DNA of 64,000 bases from Escherichia phage SkaterBoy_Bas90. The translations under genes were made by a program, and so were the position numbers. The stretch lies in the sequence record PQ850626.1. One strand, 5' to 3'. The stretch's first letter is position 1, and each line of letters starts with the position of its first letter. The notes beneath the pieces were generated by a model that was not told where the DNA came from, did not search any database, and saw nothing but the letters and a program-made list of their open reading frames with translations. Below are positions 1 to 7,656 of the stretch, in pieces.

Positions 1-1542
1 ATGTCATTAGATAAACAAATTTATGAAGCTCTAACTGGTAACAACCTTAGTGTAGAGGAAAAGAAAGCACTATTGAATATGTTGAAAGAGCGTGACCAAT
101 GGAGGAAGTATAATAAGATTTTGTCTTTCAAGGCGTATGACTTCCAAAAGAAATTTTATGCAGCAGGATTGAAGCATCGCTTTAGATTCTTGTGTGCAGC
201 GAACCGTGTTGGTAAATCTTATAGCGAGGCATACGAGTTTGCTTGTCATGTCACAGGTCGCTACCCAACTTGGTGGACAGGGTATAAATTTAAAAGACCT
301 ATCTTAGCATGGGCAGTTGGTATTACAGGGGATTCCACAAGGAAAGTATTGCAAAAGGAGTTGTTTGGTACACCTATCGGAAAGGATACAAACTTATTGG
401 GGACAGGTGTCATTCCTCGTGATGCTATCGTCATTGACACGATAGAACGAGATGGTAACAAACTTCAAATCGTACAAATCAAACATCAAAACGAAAGAGG
501 AGAGTTTGACGGTTTAAGTACATTAGAATTCCGTTCAACCCAACAGGGTGAACACACATTGATGGGTGCAACAGTTGACTACATTTGGTTAGACGAAGAA
601 GATCCATACGAGTCTATGGCTATATTCGCACAGTGCGTCACACGTACACTCACAACTAAAGGTCTAGTTACAATTACAGCTACACCAGAGAACGGTTTAA
701 CTGAACTGGTAGATAAATTTATGAAAGGTGAAGGGGATGAGAACACAGGTTCTCTATATTTCCAGAATGCTTCTTGGTGGGATGCTCATGCAGACCTAGG
801 TGGACACATCACTGACCAAGATATAAAAGATATGACTGAAGGTATTCCAGCGTGGCAGTTAGAGATGCGTTCGAAAGGTATGCCATTGTTAGGAAGTGGT
901 TTGATATATGATGTATCGGATGACACAATTAAATGTGAACCATTCGAAATTCCGGATACGTGGAAACGTGTCTGTGCAATTGATATTGGTATTGATCACC
1001 CAACTGCTGCTGTTTGGACAGCTTACGATGCAAACACTGATACTATCTATGTTTACGACTCGTATAAAGAAGGTGGCTTTACTCCAGTGTATCATGCTCC
1101 AGCTATTAATGGTCGTGGTCAGTGGATTCCTGTCATCCTACCGCATGATGCGGACAATATTGAGAAAGGTAGTGGTTCATCTGTTGCTCAATTCTATAAG
1201 AATGCAGGAGTTAACGTACAGAGTGAGACCTTCTACAACAAAATTGGAATGGATGGTAAAAAGAACTTCTTTGTAGAACCGGGAATCACAGATATCCGAG
1301 AAAGAATGATGAGTGGACGCTTTAAAATCTTTAACACAGCCGCTAACGCTAAGCTATTCGAAGAGAAAGCTAGATATCACCGTAAGGTTGGTAAGATTAT
1401 TAAAGAACATGATGACTTAATGGATGCAATGCGCTATTCAGCGTGCTCTGTTACACATCGTGGTCGCTCTAAGCATGACGTTAGCTACGGAAGTGCTTCT
1501 CTGTATGAGGCAAACGTAAGCAGATGGAATCAGAGTTACTAA
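1..1542 (+). CDS. terL: terminase large subunit
   Basis: 513 aa; P-loop-like 'CAANRVGKSY', ATPase acidic patch 'YIWLDEED', RNaseH-like nuclease region 'CAIDIGIDH'; first gene of the structural block followed by portal. Confidence 0.85.
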   Translation: MSLDKQIYEALTGNNLSVEEKKALLNMLKERDQWRKYNKILSFKAYDFQKKFYAAGLKHRFRFLCAANRVGKSYSEAYEFACHVTGRYPTWWTGYKFKRPILAWAVGITGDSTRKVLQKELFGTPIGKDTNLLGTGVIPRDAIVIDTIERDGNKLQIVQIKHQNERGEFDGLSTLEFRSTQQGEHTLMGATVDYIWLDEEDPYESMAIFAQCVTRTLTTKGLVTITATPENGLTELVDKFMKGEGDENTGSLYFQNASWWDAHADLGGHITDQDIKDMTEGIPAWQLEMRSKGMPLLGSGLIYDVSDDTIKCEPFEIPDTWKRVCAIDIGIDHPTAAVWTAYDANTDTIYVYDSYKEGGFTPVYHAPAINGRGQWIPVILPHDADNIEKGSGSSVAQFYKNAGVNVQSETFYNKIGMDGKKNFFVEPGITDIRERMMSGRFKIFNTAANAKLFEEKARYHRKVGKIIKEHDDLMDAMRYSACSVTHRGRSKHDVSYGSASLYEANVSRWNQSY

Positions 1543-1547
1543 AGTAA

Positions 1548-1577
1548 GGGGGAGGTTTGTCCTCCCTTCTTTTATTT
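1548..1577 (+). terminator. stem-loop GGGAGG/CCTCCC followed by T-rich tract after terminase
   Basis: inverted repeat 1550-1555/1561-1566 then ttcttttattt. Confidence 0.5.
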
Positions 1578-1603
1578 AAGCTATCAACCGAGGGAGAGAA
1601 TCG

Positions 1604-3847
1604 ATGGCTAAGCAAAAATATAGTGAAGAGGTGTTGGACGAGTTACGTGTTGACCTTCAACGTCGTTTTAATTACGCTCAAGGTTACGTGGACATGGCTG
1701 TTAAGGGCTATGCTCGTGAAGCTTGGGAATATTTCTATGGTAACTTACCTGCACCAGTAACTGCTGGCAGCTCTAGTTGGGTAGATCGTACTGTTTGGGA
1801 ATCTGTTAACGGTACATTGCAAGATATTATTAACGTATTCTGTTCTGGTGATGAAGCAGTTACTTTCGTAGCTGACAACCAACAGGATTCTGATGCTGCT
1901 GATGTAGCAACTAAACTAGTTAACCAAATTCTTCTGCGTGATAATCCGGGATACAATATTATCTCTTCTGCTGCACAAGAATGTCTAGTTACTCGTAACT
2001 CTTTTATCAAGTATTATTGGGATGAACAAACTTCTACTCAAACTGAAGAAGCTGAAGGTGTACCACCGGAAGCATTGGCTGCATATGTTCAGGGATTAGA
2101 AGCTGGTGGACTCAAGAATCTGGAAATCTTCACTGAAGAAAATGAAGATGGTACAGTGGATGTTAAAGTTACTTACGAACAAACTGTTAAACGTGTGAAA
2201 ATTGAATATGTTCCTTCAGAGCAAATCTTTGTTGATGAACATGCTACCTCTTTTGCAGATGCACAATACTTCTGTCATCGTGTTCGTCGTTCTAAAGAAG
2301 ATCTGGTTGCTATGGGCTTCCCTAAAGACGAGATTGAAGCATTCAACGACTGGACAGACACGATGGATACTACTCAATCTACAGTTGCTTGGTCTCGTAC
2401 TGACTGGCGTCAGGATATTGATGCTGATATTGGTACAGATACCGAAGATATTGCTTCTATGGTTTGGGTTTACGAGCACTACATTCGTACTGGTGTTCTA
2501 GATAAGAATAAAGAGTCTAAACTCTATCAGGTTATTCAAGCTGGTGAGCATATCCTTCACACTGAAGAAGTAACTCACATTCCGTTTGTAACCTTCTGTC
2601 CGTATCCGATTCCAGGCTCCTTCTATGGTCAATCGGTCTATGACATTACGAAAGATATTCAAGATTTACGTACCGCGTTAGTTCGTGGTTATATTGATAA
2701 CGTCAACAATGCTAACTATGGTCGATACAAAGCTCTTGTTGGTGCATACGACCGTCGCTCTCTGCTTGATAACCGTCCCGGTGGAGTGGTTGAAATGGAA
2801 CGTCAGGACGCTATTGACCTGTTCCCATACCATAACCTACCTCAAGGTATTGACGGCCTCCTAGGCATGTCTGAGGAGCTTAAAGAGACACGTACAGGTG
2901 TAACCAAACTAGGCATGGGTATCAACCCTGATGTGTTTAAGAATGATAACGCTTATGCAACTGTAGGCTTGATGATGAATGCTGCACAGAACCGCCTCCG
3001 TATGGTATGTCGTAACATTGCTCACAACGGTATGGTTGAATTGATGCGTGGTATTTACAACCTTATCAGAGAAAATGGTGAAGTTCCTATCGAGGTACAA
3101 ACCCCTCGTGGTATGATTCAGGTAAATCCAAAACAACTGCCAGCTCGTCACAATCTTCAAGTTGTTGTAGCTATCTCTCCTAATGAGAAAGCAGAACGTG
3201 CACAGAAACTGATTAGCTTGAAACAGCTGATTGCAGCAGATGCACAGTTAGCGCCTCTCTTTGGTTTGGAGCAAGATCGTTACATGACTGCACAGATCTT
3301 TGAGTTGATGGGCATTAAGGACACACATAAATACCTTCTGCCTCTGGAACAGTATCAGCCTCCAGAACCTTCTCCGATGGAAATCCTCCAGCTCGAGATG
3401 ACTAAAGCACAGGTTGAGAACGTACAGGCTTCTTCTCAGAAGATGATTGCTGATGCATTCGACCAACGTGAACGTACTACATTCGAACAGCAGAAAGCTG
3501 CAGATGAATTAAGTCTGCGTCAGGAAGAGTTGCAGTTCAAGCAAGAAAATGCAGCAGATGCAATGACTCTGGAAAACCGTAAAGAAGATAACAATGCTAC
3601 TCTGGAACAAGCTAAGCACAAGTTAGCTCTTATGCAACAGCAGGTCCGTCAGTATGAATCTGTACTGAAAGAATTGCAGATGGTTATGTCTCATCAGGTA
3701 GACCAAGAGAAGATTGTTCAGCAAGCTCGTGTTCAGGATAAAACTTTGGAACTCCAAAAGAAAGAAGCTAATGTAACTAAGAAAGAGCAACAAGCTTCTC
3801 TCAAAGATTCACGGATTCCAGGCAAACGTCTTGGAAGTAAAAACTAA
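1604..3847 (+). CDS. portal protein
   Basis: 747 aa directly downstream of terminase with SD GGGAGAG; size, position and coiled-coil C-terminus typical of portal; no motif check possible by eye. Confidence 0.7.
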   Translation: MAKQKYSEEVLDELRVDLQRRFNYAQGYVDMAVKGYAREAWEYFYGNLPAPVTAGSSSWVDRTVWESVNGTLQDIINVFCSGDEAVTFVADNQQDSDAADVATKLVNQILLRDNPGYNIISSAAQECLVTRNSFIKYYWDEQTSTQTEEAEGVPPEALAAYVQGLEAGGLKNLEIFTEENEDGTVDVKVTYEQTVKRVKIEYVPSEQIFVDEHATSFADAQYFCHRVRRSKEDLVAMGFPKDEIEAFNDWTDTMDTTQSTVAWSRTDWRQDIDADIGTDTEDIASMVWVYEHYIRTGVLDKNKESKLYQVIQAGEHILHTEEVTHIPFVTFCPYPIPGSFYGQSVYDITKDIQDLRTALVRGYIDNVNNANYGRYKALVGAYDRRSLLDNRPGGVVEMERQDAIDLFPYHNLPQGIDGLLGMSEELKETRTGVTKLGMGINPDVFKNDNAYATVGLMMNAAQNRLRMVCRNIAHNGMVELMRGIYNLIRENGEVPIEVQTPRGMIQVNPKQLPARHNLQVVVAISPNEKAERAQKLISLKQLIAADAQLAPLFGLEQDRYMTAQIFELMGIKDTHKYLLPLEQYQPPEPSPMEILQLEMTKAQVENVQASSQKMIADAFDQRERTTFEQQKAADELSLRQEELQFKQENAADAMTLENRKEDNNATLEQAKHKLALMQQQVRQYESVLKELQMVMSHQVDQEKIVQQARVQDKTLELQKKEANVTKKEQQASLKDSRIPGKRLGSKN

Positions 3848-3856
3848 GGACGTCGA

Positions 3857-4093
3857 ATGAACATTAGACATCAATTTAATAAAGAGCACGCCGCCGCTTT
3901 GGCGGCTCTCAACCTTAACGGCAGTCTTGACGCAGCATTAGAGGCATTGAAAGAAAGACTCATGACAGAGATAGTTCAAACAGAACCTCATGAGAATAAG
4001 AAACGCGAAGATTGTTATCAAAAGTATAAAATGGTTGGTAGCTTAAAAGAGGTCATAAAAGCTGCTATCAATAGTGCAGGAGATGTTTCATAA
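3857..4093 (+). CDS. hypothetical small protein between portal and scaffold
   Basis: 78 aa ORF, stop/start coupled with next gene. Confidence 0.4.
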   Translation: MNIRHQFNKEHAAALAALNLNGSLDAALEALKERLMTEIVQTEPHENKKREDCYQKYKMVGSLKEVIKAAINSAGDVS

Positions 4094-5169
4094 TGCCACA
4101 AGATAATTATATTGACCCGAACGATTTTAAATCTTTCCTCCAACTGGATGACCTGAAAGGTTCTTTCAAAGAAGAACTCGGTCGATTAGAATCTGAACAA
4201 GAACCAGAAGTGGACATTGACGATGAGTTCCCGGAAAAAGACGGTGACGATTTCGACTTTGATACCGACCTTCTCGGTGAAAGCGATGAGCTTAAGTTCG
4301 AAGATGAAGATGGTTGGGAAGATCGTGAAGAGGAAGGCGAAGTCGAAGAAGATGAAGACGAATCCTCTGAAGCAGAAGAACAAGAGGAAGAAGATTCAAG
4401 CGATGCAGAGTATGAAGATGATTCTGCTGACGGTGAAGGTGAAGTCTTTGATGTAGACTACGAAACCGTTATCACCCTTCCTGATGGACGTGAGATGACT
4501 ATTGAAGAACTTTCTAATGGCTATCTTACTGGTGCTGATATGACAGAACGAGAATCAACTCTTCAGCGTCATATGGAAGCATTCGAGGAACGTGTAGTAG
4601 GTTTGAAGGATGTATTAGAACTAGCGTCTTTAGAAGCAGACCGAGTAATTGAAGATTATAACGGTTTTGATTGGGACAAGCTTGCAGTAGAAGATCCTCA
4701 AGCATATGTTGAAAACAAACGTTTCCTAGAAAAGTACACAGCTCGCCGTCAACAGCTTGAACAGGCTCAGGTCCGTATTAAGCAGGAAGCAGCAGCTAAA
4801 GAGCAGGAAGCTTTCCAAGCCAAGAGTATTGAATGTGTTAATATTCTGAAACGTGAGATTCCAAATTGGGATGAAAACTTATATCAAAACTTAATGCAAT
4901 ACGCAATTGACTTAGGTGCTACTGAAGAAGAAGTATTGAAGGAAAACCGTCCGTCTATTTTCCTAGCTCTCCACAAAGCATACCAATTTGATAAAGGTAA
5001 GCAACAGGTGATGGCTAAGATTAAACGTCCCGGTGCTCCACGCAAGGTTGTGAAGTCTGATGCTGCAAAGTCTCGCACTTCCAATAAGCCCGACAACGCT
5101 AAGGTTGCCAAGGCATTCGCAGAGGGTCGCGTTAGTCACGAAGACGCATTCAAATTCCTCGTAGATTAA
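4093..5169 (+). CDS. scaffolding protein (putative)
   Basis: 358 aa, very acidic N-terminal half (E/D runs), helical, located between portal and capsid. Confidence 0.6.
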   Translation: MPQDNYIDPNDFKSFLQLDDLKGSFKEELGRLESEQEPEVDIDDEFPEKDGDDFDFDTDLLGESDELKFEDEDGWEDREEEGEVEEDEDESSEAEEQEEEDSSDAEYEDDSADGEGEVFDVDYETVITLPDGREMTIEELSNGYLTGADMTERESTLQRHMEAFEERVVGLKDVLELASLEADRVIEDYNGFDWDKLAVEDPQAYVENKRFLEKYTARRQQLEQAQVRIKQEAAAKEQEAFQAKSIECVNILKREIPNWDENLYQNLMQYAIDLGATEEEVLKENRPSIFLALHKAYQFDKGKQQVMAKIKRPGAPRKVVKSDAAKSRTSNKPDNAKVAKAFAEGRVSHEDAFKFLVD

Positions 5170-5186
5170 TCGACAAATTAAATTAT

Positions 5187-5198
5187 TAATAGTATAGG
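5187..5198 (+). promoter_or_regulatory. TAATAGTATAGG motif upstream of capsid gene (member of recurring GTATA motif family)
   Basis: similar to motifs at 6853, 12519, 23704, 40737, 45106. Confidence 0.25.
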
Positions 5199-5210
5199 AG
5201 CTAACATAAC

Positions 5211-6269
5211 ATGGCTAATCCAACTTTATTTGTATCGTATGACCAGAATGGTAAAAAACTTTCTTTTGCTAACTGGATTTCTGTTCTGTCCCCTCAGGAT
5301 ACCCCGTTCGTATCTATGACCGGTAAAGAGTCTATCAACCAGACTATCTTTAGCTGGCAGACCGATGCACTGGCAAGCGTTGACGGTAATAACGCACACG
5401 TCGAAGGCTCTCGTGCTGAAGACGGTGAAATGAAACCGACTGTTATCAAATCTAACGTTACTCAGATTCTGCGTAAGGTTGTTCGTGTTTCTGATACTGC
5501 TAACACCACCGCTAACTACGGTCGTGGTCGTGAACTGATGTATCAGCTGGAGAAGAAAGGTAAAGAGATCAAGCGTGACCTCGAGAAAATCCTTCTGTCC
5601 GGTCAGGCTCGTACCGACGTTCTGGCTGACCAGTATCTGACTAACTCTGCAACTGATCCTGCTGTTGTTGGTCTGAATGACACCCATGCAGCTCGTAAGA
5701 CTGGTGCATTCCAGTTCCTGTGTGCTCACGGTGGTCTGGCTGGTGGCGTTGTTGACAAGACCAAGAATGGTCCTGCTGACCCGGACACTGGTGCAGTAAC
5801 TGTTAAAGTTGCACAGAATGCTTCTAACCCGACCACTAACATTGGTTTCGACGAAGCTGATATCTTTGATATGACTCTGCAACTGTATACCGCTGGTTCT
5901 GAAGCAGATATCATCATGATTAACCCGGCTCATGCTAAGATCTTTGCTGGTCTGCAAGAAAATACTCAGGGTTCACGTAAGCGTATCTTTGAGAACACCA
6001 AGCAGTTCATCTACGAAGTTAACAGCATCACTGACCCGCTGGGCCAGAGCTACAAAATCATCGTTAACCGTTGGATGCCTACCGATGCAGTTTACTTCTT
6101 CCGTAGCGCTGACTGGACTCAGATGGTTCTGCGTGCTCCGAAACGTACTGAACTGGCTAAAGACGGTTCTTACGAGAAGTGGATGATTGAAATGGAAGTT
6201 GGTCTGCGTCACCGCAACCCGTATGCTTCCGGCGTTCTGTTCACTGCTGCGGGAAAGGTGGCGGCGTAA
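5211..6269 (+). CDS. major capsid protein
   Basis: 352 aa after scaffold; host-optimised codon usage (CTG, CGT, GGT, AAA); strong terminator downstream; -1 frameshift extension (below). Confidence 0.75.
   Translation: MANPTLFVSYDQNGKKLSFANWISVLSPQDTPFVSMTGKESINQTIFSWQTDALASVDGNNAHVEGSRAEDGEMKPTVIKSNVTQILRKVVRVSDTANTTANYGRGRELMYQLEKKGKEIKRDLEKILLSGQARTDVLADQYLTNSATDPAVVGLNDTHAARKTGAFQFLCAHGGLAGGVVDKTKNGPADPDTGAVTVKVAQNASNPTTNIGFDEADIFDMTLQLYTAGSEADIIMINPAHAKIFAGLQENTQGSRKRIFENTKQFIYEVNSITDPLGQSYKIIVNRWMPTDAVYFFRSADWTQMVLRAPKRTELAKDGSYEKWMIEMEVGLRHRNPYASGVLFTAAGKVAA
6251..6257 (+). promoter_or_regulatory. -1 ribosomal frameshift slippery heptamer G_GGA_AAG
   Basis: X_XXY_YYZ in capsid zero frame, 10 nt before capsid stop; -1 frame open 6191-6793. 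Confidence 0.55.
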
Positions 6270-6280
6270 CAGTAGACAGT

Positions 6281-6793
6281 GTGACTGTTAGCCCTGCGTC
6301 TTTAGCAAGTCTAGAGACAGGGGCTACTCGGCAGTTCACTGCAAGCGCGGAGAAAAGTGATGGTTCTACCGAAACAACTGGCTTTACTTGGTCAGTGACA
6401 GGAGGTGGTTCTATCACTCAGTCTGGTTTGTATACTGCTCCGAGTGCGTCTCAATCCACTGATGTATCCATTACTGCAACTTTAGAAGGTGTTTCTGGTA
6501 CAGCAACCATTTCTGAAATTGTTGCTCCTGCTCCTACTATTGTAGCTAAGGGTCCAATTACGGGTAAAACTGGTGGTTCTTCCACTAATTTCACTACCAT
6601 GTTTACTGTAACTAACTCTGCTGCTGCGGATTACACGTTTGTTGTAACTCCTACAGAAGCCGGTACAGTAAGCGCCGCTGGTGCGTTAACCTTAGATGCT
6701 GCTGCAAGTGGCGAAGTTACTGTTCAAGCAAGTTTGACAGCTGACCCGTCCATCAATGCAACATGCACTTTTACTGGTGTAACACCTGCTTAA
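6281..6793 (+). CDS. capsid C-terminal extension with Ig-like (Big_2-type) domain, probable -1 frameshift product
   Basis: ORF in -1 frame of capsid gene, no ATG (GTG only), S/T/A/G-rich beta-type sequence 'TVSPASLASLETGATRQFTA'. Confidence 0.55.
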   Translation: MTVSPASLASLETGATRQFTASAEKSDGSTETTGFTWSVTGGGSITQSGLYTAPSASQSTDVSITATLEGVSGTATISEIVAPAPTIVAKGPITGKTGGSSTNFTTMFTVTNSAAADYTFVVTPTEAGTVSAAGALTLDAAASGEVTVQASLTADPSINATCTFTGVTPA

Positions 6794-6800
6794 AATCAGA

Positions 6801-6830
6801 CCCTGCCTTCGGGCGGGGTTTTTTCGTTTT
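6801..6830 (+). terminator. rho-independent terminator (UUCG tetraloop hairpin + T tract)
   Basis: CCCTGCC-TTCG-GGCGGGG followed by ttttttcgtttt. Confidence 0.8.
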
Positions 6831-6852
6831 AAGACCTATACAAGCTAGTGTG

Positions 6853-6862
6853 TAATGTATAT
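6853..6862 (+). promoter_or_regulatory. TAATGTATAT motif, candidate promoter element ~35 nt upstream of 6895 gene
   Basis: recurring motif; lies just after terminator and before SD AAGGAGG. Confidence 0.35.
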
Positions 6863-6894
6863 TCTTTGTCTACATATAACAAGGAGGACAACCT

Positions 6895-7647
6895 ATGGCA
6901 ATGCCAGATGTTCAATACCCCATCAATACCTATGGGTGGCTAAAGAAGGCCGTGGCCCTCTGGGCAGATAGGGACGACGATGAATTTGTTAATCAAATTC
7001 CAAACTTTATTAACTTTGCAGAGAAAGAGATTTATCGTAACTTACGTATTCCTCCTCTGGAAAAAGAAGTGTATTTAGATATCAAAGATGGAGTAGCTTA
7101 TATTCCTCCTGATTACTTAGAAGCTCAATGGATGATGAGAGCCAAAGATGGTACAATCTTCCAAGTAACCTCTCCTGAGGAGATTAGCTATCGTAGACAG
7201 CATGGAACAATTAATCCATCTCACTGGAATAACCAACCTGTTAACTTTGCTCGTTTCGGGAGTCGTTTCATTTTCTACCCTAGTATTGAAGCAGATACTC
7301 CTGTTTATCCTGATGATGGAAGTCCTTTAATTCCAGCAGAAAACTCAGTGATTCTTAGCTATTATGCAGACCCACCGGAATTCCACGAAGATACAGATAC
7401 CAGTGCTATTCTTACTATCGCACCAGAACTTCTTCTGTACTTCACCCTACGTCATGCTTGTCTCTTTGTTCAAGATGATAACGGTGTTCAGAAATGGTCA
7501 GCATTAGGAAAAGCTATCCTTGATGAAATGGTAGAGCAGAATAAGAAACAAGAGTACTCAGGTTCACCTATCGCAATTCCGAATAACATGACTCGGCTTC
7601 AGAGCAGCTTGCCTGATATTTATGGTATTCGTACTTCTCGTGTATAA
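6895..7647 (+). CDS. virion structural protein (putative adaptor or tail tubular protein)
   Basis: 250 aa, first gene after capsid terminator, strong SD. Confidence 0.45.
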   Translation: MAMPDVQYPINTYGWLKKAVALWADRDDDEFVNQIPNFINFAEKEIYRNLRIPPLEKEVYLDIKDGVAYIPPDYLEAQWMMRAKDGTIFQVTSPEEISYRRQHGTINPSHWNNQPVNFARFGSRFIFYPSIEADTPVYPDDGSPLIPAENSVILSYYADPPEFHEDTDTSAILTIAPELLLYFTLRHACLFVQDDNGVQKWSALGKAILDEMVEQNKKQEYSGSPIAIPNNMTRLQSSLPDIYGIRTSRV

Positions 7648-7656
7648 GGAGATAAT

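Noticed and set aside
1604-3847. Assigning the phage to a named genus (for example phiEco32-like) as a feature-level call
   Set aside because: The sigma factor, amidoligase operon and E. coli-like codon usage are suggestive, but this rests on memory rather than a search; kept as a hypothesis in the summary only.
5226-5957. 243-aa minus-strand ORF antisense to the capsid gene (and similar antisense ORFs 8694-9563, 10613-10981, 22840-23325, 25361-25672, 27050-27985)
   Set aside because: Fully embedded antisense to strongly supported structural genes, with low-complexity or Cys/Ser-rich composition; they reflect codon bias of the sense genes.
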